Source of the DNA: an uncultured virus (IMG/VR IMGVR_UViG_3300025832_000005)
Taxonomy: Duplodnaviria; Heunggongvirae; Uroviricota; Caudoviricetes
Reading direction: 5' to 3' (one strand)
Virus record (IMG/VR): IMGVR_UViG_3300025832_000005
Location: 62,001-126,000 of that record
DNA: 64,000 bases
Of this stretch, positions 55,011 to 64,000 are shown piece after piece. The notes beneath the pieces were generated by a model. That model was not told the DNA's origin and did not search any database. It saw only the letters and a program-made list of their open reading frames with translations. The position numbers and the translations under genes were made by a program. Numbering within the stretch: the stretch's first letter is position 1; each line of letters starts with the position of its first letter.

Positions 55011-55523
55011 TTAATTAGCACTATATGAGTCAATATGTGAGATAAGAGCATGTACATTAAACTCAAGATCTTTTAGTGTACCATTGTTACAAATAGTAAA
55101 GTCTGACATCCACTGTTCTAAACTCATACTATTTTTATTCTCTGGAGGTAAATGATCACTACGGTCAACCCAAATACAGTAATCAAACACACCTGTATTT
55201 TTCATGGCATGGAATTCTTTTTTGTTTCTTAGCCCACAATAGATGTCATAAGCGTTAAACATTTCTCTACCTAGTGTAGCAGGATCCGGTACATTGTAAT
55301 CACAGATAGCTTCATACCACTCTTGTCTGTGGTTATGTCGGTCAGCATAACATTCTTCTTCAGATTTATATCCATACTTGTCTTTAAGATCGTTGTATAT
55401 AAATTGTAGACTACAAAATTTTGAACTGCTTTCAAAACTGTATCCATACGTGTCTCTGAGTATCTCACAGACAGTATCTTTGCCATGGCGTCCATGACCT
55501 ATTACTAGTAATTTTAATTTCAT
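55011..55523 (-). CDS. Deoxynucleoside monophosphate kinase-like protein
   Basis: IGHGRHGKDT, G.R..E, D..I.NNGTL. Confidence 0.7.
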   Translation of the reverse strand: MKLKLLVIGHGRHGKDTVCEILRDTYGYSFESSSKFCSLQFIYNDLKDKYGYKSEEECYADRHNHRQEWYEAICDYNVPDPATLGREMFNAYDIYCGLRNKKEFHAMKNTGVFDYCIWVDRSDHLPPENKNSMSLEQWMSDFTICNNGTLKDLEFNVHALISHIDSYSAN

Positions 55524-55554
55524 GTTTATATAATAGCAAACCTAGTTGTAGTTG

Positions 55555-56295
55555 TCAACCGATAATTATACCTAAGCCAGCTTGGCCATCAGTATAAGTT
55601 TTAAGTTCATCATCTAGTTTGTCAATTGCCATTTGCGCATCACTACGCAATGCGTCAGCATTAAGACTAGTACCACCTTGTGGACCAGCAATAGTATTAA
55701 ACTTACCACGAGCTTCTGCTAACATTAGTTTACTATATGCTAGTGCCAATTCTTTAATCCATGGCATGGCATATGTATCACTTAGTAATTCTTCTTCACT
55801 GCGCTGTTTATAAGTGTGTAAGTATACAGTGTCAGCGGCTTTAGTTCTGCGATGAATTGTTATTTTTTTACTAACAGTATTCCAAGTAAACAATAACTCT
55901 TTACCAAAAATACGACCAAGTGTTTCACGATGTTGTGATAAAGCATCAAATGTTGCTAGTCCGCCAGCTCTACCGCCGTGTAACAAATAGTTGTTTAAAT
56001 ATGCTGCTTCGAATGGTTCCATATCAGCACCACCACTACCATTAAGTGTGCCACTTGCTCGTCTGTAAATGGTATAAACATCTATAACTTCATCAGGTAA
56101 AGTATAGTCAGCAACATCAATTACTAAGTCTAATGTAATGAAGCTTTCTTCGACAGCGTTTTCACTACGCTGTCTATATTTTTCTAATGCCTTGCGAATG
56201 GAAAGATCGTAGTGCTCTGGGTCGAGCTCTACGTCTACCATTTGTCCGCCTAAGCGAAGTTCGATTTCTTTAATTAATTCATCACGTTTTGCCAT
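55555..56295 (-). CDS. Neck protein (gp13-like)
   Basis: RLGG.MVDVEL..RGKF..I.GP.GG..LN motif. Confidence 0.85.
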   Translation of the reverse strand: MAKRDELIKEIELRLGGQMVDVELDPEHYDLSIRKALEKYRQRSENAVEESFITLDLVIDVADYTLPDEVIDVYTIYRRASGTLNGSGGADMEPFEAAYLNNYLLHGGRAGGLATFDALSQHRETLGRIFGKELLFTWNTVSKKITIHRRTKAADTVYLHTYKQRSEEELLSDTYAMPWIKELALAYSKLMLAEARGKFNTIAGPQGGTSLNADALRSDAQMAIDKLDDELKTYTDGQAGLGIIIG

Positions 56296-56308
56296 GTAAG
56301 TATTTATA

Positions 56309-57463
56309 CTATTTGAAGGCTTTTAGTAAAATAGTATCTTCATTAATCCTACCGTTCATTTTAATATCAGTAGTTTTCAGATATCCGAACTGTGTTTTAA
56401 GTTTATGATGTGTTACCTTTTTCCACTGTGGCAATATTTCACTTGGCTTACGTACTGTTTTTTGTCGGCTTGTCTTCTCATCAAAGAACTGAAGTGTAGT
56501 ACCTTTAACTTGTAGTGTAGCTTCGTGTTGCGCATAGTAGATACCAAGTTTACGTGTTTTAGTATTAAACACAACTAGCGCACTAGCACCAATGATGTCT
56601 TGTGGAGGAATACTGCTAATACCGTAGTCTGGATCACTTGGCTTAAACTTCATCTTCTTAACTAAATCAACAGCACTTTTTTGTTTAGGCTTACGCACAG
56701 CTCTTGTTTGTTTCTTCTCAGCACGTAAAATGTCAAGTGCTTGAAAGATACGTTGGTAAAAACCATGTAGCTCTTTCTTTTCTTTTGTACTCAAGTGATT
56801 AAAACCTTCAGCAAGTTGCTGTTGCATATCGTCTTGTTTTTTAGGAGCAGGCAAGTTAATAAGTTCTTCTAGCTCTTGATACGCACCTTCATAAAACTGC
56901 TGAATAAATCGAGCATGTCCTAGATTAACTTCTAACTTGCGGAATAGTTGTAGAGGTTGCTTGTCTTTAAGTGGATTCTTTTTAGGATCACGAAGCCAAT
57001 CATCTGCCCATTGATCAATCTCTTCCATTTTATCAATGGTTGCTTCTTGAAGTCTTTCCTGAATTGTAGGAACATACTTTACTTTTTTTGTAGTTAATTC
57101 AATCTTTTTAAGCTCAACAATCTGACGTCCTTCTTCTGCTAGACTCTTGATCCACGCATCTAGTTTACCTACATAATCAGGATGAATTTTATCTGGAGCA
57201 TTTTCTTCAATAAATGCGGCTGTTGCCCAATGGCTTTTACCACCAACTTTGTGGTCTGGTAACTTATTAATAGCTACTTGTACTTCTTTATCGTAGTTTT
57301 TCTTAATATAGTTCTTAACTTGATTTAACCACTCTTTTGACTCCATCATATAATGAATATGATATTGTGCTGTATGCCAATCCTTTGTAGGAACCATATC
57401 CCAAGCGCCTTTGCGTCTTGTAGCACGTACTGTTTTTTTCTTACGAGTTGATGTTTTAGCCAT
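56309..57463 (-). CDS. Hypothetical protein
   Basis: SD AGGAG before ATG 57463; C-terminal KTVRKP..NGRINEDTILLK. Confidence 0.75.
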   Translation of the reverse strand: MAKTSTRKKKTVRATRRKGAWDMVPTKDWHTAQYHIHYMMESKEWLNQVKNYIKKNYDKEVQVAINKLPDHKVGGKSHWATAAFIEENAPDKIHPDYVGKLDAWIKSLAEEGRQIVELKKIELTTKKVKYVPTIQERLQEATIDKMEEIDQWADDWLRDPKKNPLKDKQPLQLFRKLEVNLGHARFIQQFYEGAYQELEELINLPAPKKQDDMQQQLAEGFNHLSTKEKKELHGFYQRIFQALDILRAEKKQTRAVRKPKQKSAVDLVKKMKFKPSDPDYGISSIPPQDIIGASALVVFNTKTRKLGIYYAQHEATLQVKGTTLQFFDEKTSRQKTVRKPSEILPQWKKVTHHKLKTQFGYLKTTDIKMNGRINEDTILLKAFK

Positions 57464-57542
57464 GTTATTCTCCTGAACTATATTGCCGTTACTTATAAAC
57501 AATACACTATTTAAAAACCTTTGTCAAGCCATAAATATACGT

Positions 57543-58685
57543 ATGCCACGTTTAACATTATATAAACCAACTAAAACTAACGATTTTCACTTTATGGATC
57601 GCCAGATCCGTGAGCAATTTTGGATTGGAGGCACAGGAGTTAACGTACACAAGTATGTAGGGCCAGCCGCACAGCCCAATCAAAATGATCCATCACAGCC
57701 CAATTATATTGACGGACGTGAAGTGGATCCACTCAGTGGAGATTTTATTAATGTAGATAGTCTCATTAATGAAACTAAAATACAAGACTTATTATTCTTG
57801 GAAAACAGAGATAGAAAATACGATCCAGACATTTACGATCTGCGTGGTATATATAATGTACAAGACAATGATTTTGACCTAACACAATTTGGTATGTTTT
57901 TAGCAAACGATCAATTTTATATGACATTCCATACTAATGATATGGTTGAATTACTTGGAAGAAAACTATTACCTGGTGATGTACTAGAATTACCTCACTT
58001 ACGTGATGATTTGTTATTAGATGCTAATAAAGCACCTATAAGCAAGTATTATGTAGTAGCAGACGGCAACCGTGGTGCTGAAGGATTTAGTCAAACTTGG
58101 TATAGTCATATTTGGAGAGTAAAACTTAATCCACTTACAGACTCACAAGAGTTTAATGATATACTTGGCAATGCCAGTGACAGTGCTACAGTAAATTACG
58201 ATATAAGCACATATAAGTCAGAGTTTAATGTTAGTGATGCGATTGTAGCAAGTGCTGCGCAAGATGATCCAGATGGTACAAGTTTACTAGATCATTTATA
58301 TGGTTTTGAACACGCAACTGCTGGTGGTGTTGTAATACAAGATAATACATATAACCATGGCGAAACAATAGCAAGTGGCAGTGCTTTTCCAGCAGATGCC
58401 AATGAAGGCGAATATTTTATTAGAACAGACTTTAGTCCGAACCGTATGTTTGTGAGAAGAGGTTCTAAGTGGAACAGAAGTTACGACAACGTAACTGACA
58501 AGACTTGGGTAGACCGTACATATAACGCAAGTGATTATATTACAGAAGATGCCAAGTCAATGGTAAACGATGAAGAATTTAATAGGAAGCAAGCAATAAG
58601 TGATGTCATTATGCCACGTCCAGACAATAAAGTTAATAGCGAATATGTTGAAGACGGGTATACGGATGACGATTACGTGCTGTAA
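57543..58685 (+). CDS. Neck/head-closure protein (gp14-like)
   Basis: IQDLLFLENRDRKYD..LTQFG..GDVLELPH; late box 5 nt upstream of ATG 57543. Confidence 0.75.
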   Translation: MPRLTLYKPTKTNDFHFMDRQIREQFWIGGTGVNVHKYVGPAAQPNQNDPSQPNYIDGREVDPLSGDFINVDSLINETKIQDLLFLENRDRKYDPDIYDLRGIYNVQDNDFDLTQFGMFLANDQFYMTFHTNDMVELLGRKLLPGDVLELPHLRDDLLLDANKAPISKYYVVADGNRGAEGFSQTWYSHIWRVKLNPLTDSQEFNDILGNASDSATVNYDISTYKSEFNVSDAIVASAAQDDPDGTSLLDHLYGFEHATAGGVVIQDNTYNHGETIASGSAFPADANEGEYFIRTDFSPNRMFVRRGSKWNRSYDNVTDKTWVDRTYNASDYITEDAKSMVNDEEFNRKQAISDVIMPRPDNKVNSEYVEDGYTDDDYVL

Positions 58686-58696
58686 GGATAAAAAAC

Positions 58697-61195
58697 ATGG
58701 CAATAACTAAAAGACTAGTAAAAGGTAGCGCATTAACGCATACAGAGTTAGATAGTAACTTCACCGATTTAGATGGTCGAGTAACTACTCTCGAAAGTAC
58801 ACCAGGTAGTGACAGTCAAACATTAACATTAGCAGGTGATGATTTAACTATTACCGGCGGCAACACTGTTAGTTTAAGTACATTAAGCACAGAGGTAGTT
58901 GATGATACATCACCACAACTTGGTGGCAATTTAGATTTAAATGGCAACGAGATTACTGGTAGCGGTGGTTCTGCGATATCAGAGGTATTAAACGTATTAA
59001 CACTAGTGGGTGGTAATAATGGTATCATTATGCGTACAACAACTGGCGCAGGTAAAATTGTAATTGGCGACCAAGCAGGTTCCGTTGTACTTGGTAACTC
59101 TGCCAATTCAATAGAATTTGTAGACAATGTAGATGTTGACTTTACAAATACTAATGTTGACTTTACTAGCGCAACTGTAACAGGATTAACAGTATCACAA
59201 AGCATCGATAGTTTAACTGATGTAGATACAAGCACTACACCACCAGGTGTTGGTCAAGTACTTAAATGGGATGGCGCACAGTGGGAGCCAGCAAACGATT
59301 CATCTGGAAGCGGCGGAATTACATTAACAGCATTAAGTGTAACAAGTGCTAGTGCTAGTGCTAGTTCAAGTTTAGTTTATAACAATACAACTGGAGTATT
59401 CACATATACTCCTGCTCTTAATACTTGGGCATCTATTACTGGAAAAGATGACGCAAATGGTCCAAATGAGGTTACTATTGGAAGACTTGCAGGTTCAGGC
59501 GGCGACAGTTCAGTAGCAGTTGGCCAACTTGCAGGCGAGACATCTCAAGGTGATTATTCATCAGCATTTGGTCCCCTCGCAGGCCGGACAAATCAAGGTT
59601 CAAACTCAGTTGCGATTGGTAACCAAGCTGGGTTAAGTAACCAAGGTGACTACGCAGTAGGAATAGGTACCTTGGCAGGAGTGCTCACCCAAGGCGAGCG
59701 TGGAATAGCAATTGGTTATGAATCTGGCAGATCAAGCCAAGGCGCAGACTCAATAGCAATTGGTACGAAAGCTGGCAGAGGATCCCAAGGCAACAACTCA
59801 ATTGTACTTAATGCGACTGGGGTAACTTTGGAAAACACAACAGCAAGTAGTTTAGTAATTAAGCCAATTAGAAATGCAAGTGGTACACATAGCATGGAAT
59901 ACAACCCAACTACAGGTGAAGTTACATATGACACACTTGGTGGCGGCGGTGGTGGTGGTATTGATTTAACAGCATTAAGTGTAACAAGTACTAGTGCTAG
60001 TGCTAGTCCAAGTTTAGTTTATAACAATACAACTGGAGTATTCACATATACCCCACCTAATTTAACAGAGCTAGGAAGCAATTTAGACCTAAACAGCAAT
60101 GATATTACTGGAACAGGAAATATTAATATTATTGGTTCGATTACATCAACTGCGGTAGGTACACCAACTATTACTAGTAGCACTGATATCATTCTTTCAG
60201 CTAACAGTGGAAGTGGAATAGTTAATGCTAGTGGAAGTAAAATTACAAACTTAGGTACACCAGTAGCGGGAACAGATGCTGCAACTAAAGCGTATGTTGA
60301 TGCTAACGGAGGAGGATCATTGTCGTGGGCAACTTTAGCTGATAAAAATAATGCCAGCGGACCTACTAAAATAGCATTAGGACTAGACGCCGGTTCAGTA
60401 ACTCAAGGTCTCAACACCATAGCAATTGGTGAAACTGCTGGCCAAACTAATCAAGGCGTCTCCGCCGTAGCAATTGGCACTGGTGCGGCTACAACCGATC
60501 AAGGCGGTGCCGCAATAGCAATTGGCAACGGCACTGCGGTTACTAATCAAGGTGCAAGCGCAGTAGCAATTGGTAATGTGGCTGCCTTAGCTGGACAAGG
60601 CGACAACGCAATAGCGATTGGGAACAGGGCAGGCGGATTTGTAAATCCGCAAGCAGCAACTTCGATTATATTAAACGCAACTGGTGCCCAATTAGAAAAT
60701 ACAACAGCAGATAGTTTTGTAGTTAAGCCAGTACGTAATGCTAGTGGTACACATAGTATGGAATACAATCCAACTACAGGTGAAGTTACATATGACACAC
60801 TTGCTAGTGGTGGCTTACCTAGCAGATCCCCTCCAATCGGCGCAACAAGCAGTTTAGCTGATGCCGCACAAGCAGACTTGGATATTACAGGATTCAAATC
60901 ATACACATTAATGGCTATCACAACAGACAAAGCGGCCCGTGTAAGATTGTATGTGAATGCTGCAACAAGAACAGCAGATGCGGCAAGGGCAGAGGGTATT
61001 GATCCAACATCAGACGCAGGTGTTATTGCTGAAGTAATTACCACAGGCGCAGAAACTGTTATTATTAGTCCAGGTGCTATTGGATTTAACTTAGAAAGTT
61101 CGCCAACTACAAATATACCATGTAGAGTTACAAACAAAAGCGGTAGCACAGGTACTGTACAAGTAGGCTTAACCATACTACAACTGGAGGCGTAA
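58697..61195 (+). CDS. Tail fibre/adhesin with YadA-head-like 14-residue repeats
   Basis: KGSALT..ELD.NF, PQLGGNLDLNG, repeated QG..(S/A)(V/I)AIG..AG, DAATKAYVD. Confidence 0.8.
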   Translation: MAITKRLVKGSALTHTELDSNFTDLDGRVTTLESTPGSDSQTLTLAGDDLTITGGNTVSLSTLSTEVVDDTSPQLGGNLDLNGNEITGSGGSAISEVLNVLTLVGGNNGIIMRTTTGAGKIVIGDQAGSVVLGNSANSIEFVDNVDVDFTNTNVDFTSATVTGLTVSQSIDSLTDVDTSTTPPGVGQVLKWDGAQWEPANDSSGSGGITLTALSVTSASASASSSLVYNNTTGVFTYTPALNTWASITGKDDANGPNEVTIGRLAGSGGDSSVAVGQLAGETSQGDYSSAFGPLAGRTNQGSNSVAIGNQAGLSNQGDYAVGIGTLAGVLTQGERGIAIGYESGRSSQGADSIAIGTKAGRGSQGNNSIVLNATGVTLENTTASSLVIKPIRNASGTHSMEYNPTTGEVTYDTLGGGGGGGIDLTALSVTSTSASASPSLVYNNTTGVFTYTPPNLTELGSNLDLNSNDITGTGNINIIGSITSTAVGTPTITSSTDIILSANSGSGIVNASGSKITNLGTPVAGTDAATKAYVDANGGGSLSWATLADKNNASGPTKIALGLDAGSVTQGLNTIAIGETAGQTNQGVSAVAIGTGAATTDQGGAAIAIGNGTAVTNQGASAVAIGNVAALAGQGDNAIAIGNRAGGFVNPQAATSIILNATGAQLENTTADSFVVKPVRNASGTHSMEYNPTTGEVTYDTLASGGLPSRSPPIGATSSLADAAQADLDITGFKSYTLMAITTDKAARVRLYVNAATRTADAARAEGIDPTSDAGVIAEVITTGAETVIISPGAIGFNLESSPTTNIPCRVTNKSGSTGTVQVGLTILQLEA
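59324..60803 (+). repeat. Two near-identical internal DNA duplications in the fibre gene
   Basis: 86 bp at 59324-59409 and 59966-60051; 67 bp at 59873-59939 and 60737-60803. Confidence 0.9.
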
Positions 61196-61196
61196 C

Positions 61197-62945
61197 ATGG
61201 AATTGTTCCAAGTAACACTAAAGCATGGCGAAGACATTAATGCTTTCTATGAGGATATGGAAACACCAGGTGGTGCTCTAACTATTCCAGATCGTAAAGT
61301 AGAGTGTGCCGCAAGACGCCCAACTTCAAGAACCACAGGCTATATGCTTACTATGGAAGAAGCAATGGAAGTAGCTGATGACGACAGAGTTGAACAAGTT
61401 ATACCACAAAGTGTTTTAGATAGAAACATAGATAAACCAGCAAGTACTTTCACAGGCAGGTTTGACAAAGGTGTTCCAAGCGGTTCAGCGCCGTTTACAA
61501 AAGCAAATGGTCAAACAGGAATGAAGTATACTGTTGATCACAAAAATTGGGGCATACTAAGACACAGTGAAGGCGCAAACAGAACCAATTGGGGATCAAA
61601 TGCTTCATTATCAGATAGATATGTTGATGACAGTGTAACATATTCAGCAAGTGGTAAAAATGTAGACATTGTTATTGTTGAAATAAAAACATTAAGCGAC
61701 CACGCAGACTATTCAAGTAGAGTAGTGGACTACAACTGGGGTCAACACTACAACACAATCACAGGTGGTACTAACTATACATACAGCAACGCAGACGCTC
61801 GTGACAACTATGGCGCAGAAGACAAACATCCCACAGCAGTCACAAGTTATGCGGCAGGCACACTATACGGACTTGCCAATGATGCAAACATATACATGTT
61901 TGACAAGACTTACGAAAAATCAAAGTCAGGCGGCAGTAGTGATGATAGAACTTATGCCTACATCAGAGAGTTTCACGCAAACAAAAGTATAAATCCAGCA
62001 ACAGGTAGAAAAAATCCTACTATTGTTAATATTAGTTTGGGAACACAGACCCTAGTAGGCGGCGGGGCCGCTTTAATTCACTTCCAGGGTGTAACTACAG
62101 ACAACGGCACAGGCAATGATCTATTAGCCGCAGAACTAAATGCAAGAGGTATATATGCAAGTGATCCTGAGTGGACAGACAATCAACAATTTAGTGTAAA
62201 TTCGCAAGTCCTACTAAGTGATATGCAAGATGCTATAACAGATGGAATTATTATTGTAGCATCGGCAGGCAACGAAAACAGATACACTGATGTGTCAGAT
62301 GGCGACAACTACGATAACTATATTGTTAGTGAGGGGGCATATTTCTTTAAAGATTACTACTTTGGCGGTAATTATCCATTTAGATATTACTATCATCGTG
62401 GCTCCACTTATACGTTCAATGGTGCTATTTGTGTAGGTGCGTTAGGAGTTAACACAAATCAAGGCAAAGCAGGTTTCAGCAGTTGGGGACCAGGTGTCGA
62501 TGTATATGCCGCAGGAGTTGGTTGTTTTGGCGCAGGAGAAAGTAGCAATATTATGTTTGGTGTTCCGTATCCAGGACAAGAAGCAAATACATCAAACTGG
62601 GACACAGTACAGTCTGGATCAGGAACAAGTTATAGTGCGCCGTTCGTAACAGGTATGTTAGCTTGTTTAGCAGAAATATATCCTAACCTTACACACGCAC
62701 AAGCAAGAACATATTTACACGACAATGCTGTAACAGGATTAATGGTAGACACAGCAGACGCAATAGATGTAGACACAGACACAAGAACAAGCATAGACGG
62801 TAGCAGCATTGATAGAATAGCATTGTGGAAGAATCACAGAGCCACATCAGGCAATATGGCGTTCAACACATATAACAAAGATGTTAACAATAAGCCTACA
62901 ACTGGTGCTATCTATCCTCGTACAAGAATACGCAAGCGTGGGTAA
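61197..62945 (+). CDS. Subtilisin-like S8 peptidase
   Basis: SGKNVDIVIV, HPTAVTSYAAG, IVNISLG, SAGNE, FSSWGPGVDVYAAG, SGTSYSAPFVTG. Confidence 0.85.
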   Translation: MELFQVTLKHGEDINAFYEDMETPGGALTIPDRKVECAARRPTSRTTGYMLTMEEAMEVADDDRVEQVIPQSVLDRNIDKPASTFTGRFDKGVPSGSAPFTKANGQTGMKYTVDHKNWGILRHSEGANRTNWGSNASLSDRYVDDSVTYSASGKNVDIVIVEIKTLSDHADYSSRVVDYNWGQHYNTITGGTNYTYSNADARDNYGAEDKHPTAVTSYAAGTLYGLANDANIYMFDKTYEKSKSGGSSDDRTYAYIREFHANKSINPATGRKNPTIVNISLGTQTLVGGGAALIHFQGVTTDNGTGNDLLAAELNARGIYASDPEWTDNQQFSVNSQVLLSDMQDAITDGIIIVASAGNENRYTDVSDGDNYDNYIVSEGAYFFKDYYFGGNYPFRYYYHRGSTYTFNGAICVGALGVNTNQGKAGFSSWGPGVDVYAAGVGCFGAGESSNIMFGVPYPGQEANTSNWDTVQSGSGTSYSAPFVTGMLACLAEIYPNLTHAQARTYLHDNAVTGLMVDTADAIDVDTDTRTSIDGSSIDRIALWKNHRATSGNMAFNTYNKDVNNKPTTGAIYPRTRIRKRG

Positions 62946-62953
62946 ATAGTAGT

Positions 62954-64000
62954 ATGACAAATATAACCGCAGTACCATACTTTTATGACAAACAATTTAG
63001 ACGCTATATTCAGCAATTTATTCGTATCTTTGCGGGCTTTCAGTATGTTAAAGGATACACTGAGCAAGGCGAGCCAGTGTATCATACAACACCCGTTCGT
63101 TATGGTGATATTAGTCGTATGGCGGCACATATACAAAGAGAGAACAGTGAGAATACATTAAGCACTGTGCCTTTTATTAGTTGTTATGTTACTGATTTAC
63201 AACCAGATGTAAACAAACGAGTGTTTCCTCAGTTTGAAGAAAAAATGACTGTTATTGAAAAAGAGTATAATACTACTACTAACAGTTATCAAAATAAACA
63301 AGGCAGTGTGTACACAGTAGAACGTCATATGCCAGTACCTTATACGTTAAGAATGCAAACTGACATATGGACAAGTAACACAGATCAAAAAATGCAAATG
63401 CTAGAACAAATACTAGTATTGTTTAATCCAAGTCTCAACATACACACAACAAACAACCCACTAGACTGGAGTAGTTTAAGTGTTGTTGAACTTGTTAATA
63501 CACAGTGGACAAACCGTGGTATACCCAGTGGTGTTGATGATATAATTGATATTAGTACTTTAACATTTGAGTTACCAATCTTAATTAATCCTCCAGCAAA
63601 GGTAAACAAAAGTAGTATGATTCATACTATCATTACTAACTTACATGAAGTTGCTACTGGAGATGCTGATAGTATCAAGGTGTTAAATGATATTAATGCT
63701 ATCACTACTAGCTATACAGTAGTAGCAGTTGATAATAAAGTAAAACTAGATGTATCAGGCGGAGTAGCAACAGCACAAATACTAGGTAAAACTGGTGCTG
63801 TTGAAGCTGGGCTAAGATGGGATACTATTTTTAAACAATACGGTGCTGAACTCAGAGAAGGCACTAGTCAAATAAGATTTAAACAAACAGACGATCCTGG
63901 AGATATGACTACTGATATTATTGGTAAACTTAATGGTGACAGTTCATCAGATACATTAACAGTAACATTAGATAATAGTACTATAACCGCAGATTCACAA
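62954..64000 (+). CDS. Tail terminator/sheath stabiliser (gp15-like), runs off the window end
   Basis: YFYDKQFRRYIQQFIRIF..PVRYGD..MPVPY.L...DIWTSNTDQK.Q.LEQILVLFNP; not in the ORF track. Confidence 0.8.
   Translation, partial: MTNITAVPYFYDKQFRRYIQQFIRIFAGFQYVKGYTEQGEPVYHTTPVRYGDISRMAAHIQRENSENTLSTVPFISCYVTDLQPDVNKRVFPQFEEKMTVIEKEYNTTTNSYQNKQGSVYTVERHMPVPYTLRMQTDIWTSNTDQKMQMLEQILVLFNPSLNIHTTNNPLDWSSLSVVELVNTQWTNRGIPSGVDDIIDISTLTFELPILINPPAKVNKSSMIHTIITNLHEVATGDADSIKVLNDINAITTSYTVVAVDNKVKLDVSGGVATAQILGKTGAVEAGLRWDTIFKQYGAELREGTSQIRFKQTDDPGDMTTDIIGKLNGDSSSDTLTVTLDNSTITADSQ

Noticed and set aside
21..57480. Numerous + strand ORFs in the track (other than 27381-27764)
   Set aside because: They are antisense shadows of clear minus-strand genes, with no motifs or initiation signals
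58697..61195. Diversity-generating retroelement template/variable repeats
   Set aside because: Differences between the repeats are few and not adenine-specific, and there is no reverse transcriptase in the window
1..64000. Alternative genetic code or stop-codon reassignment
   Set aside because: Conserved genes are full length under the standard code; TAA, TGA and TAG all end genes; no suppressor anticodon found

Overview
A 64-kb segment of a large, AT-rich T4-like (jumbo-type) myophage genome. Nearly all genes lie on the minus strand until about 57.5 kb. The standard genetic code fits: TAA, TGA and TAG all end genes. It encodes translation genes (bS21, IF3), nucleotide metabolism (nrdA, nrdB, glutaredoxin, dNMP kinase) and replication/recombination functions (gp41-like helicase, primase, a 185-aa mini DnaE, UvsW, UvsX, UvsY, gp32 SSB). 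It also carries morphogenesis genes (terminase, head completion, sheath, two tube-like genes, neck, tail terminator, PAAR, a YadA-repeat fibre, an S8 protease), many small early genes behind sigma70-type promoters, and a tRNA cluster at 37.6-40.2 kb. Most notable patterns: (1) nine late genes have ATG exactly 5 nt after a T4-late-like TAAATA/TAAGTA box, so they are predicted leaderless mRNAs, in a phage that carries its own IF3 and bS21. (2) The tRNA cluster shows a repeated nested architecture: Thr, Ser and Leu tRNA remnants broken at the D-arm/anticodon boundary are each followed by an insert (two with HNH nucleases) carrying an intact tRNA for the same amino acid. (3) Two atypical tRNAs, a Ser with anticodon ACT and a long-variable-arm tRNA with anticodon CAT. 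(4) Several unannotated structured RNA candidates, and an AGGC(A/U)A motif repeated in several 5' leaders. All functional calls come from motif recognition by eye; no searches were run.
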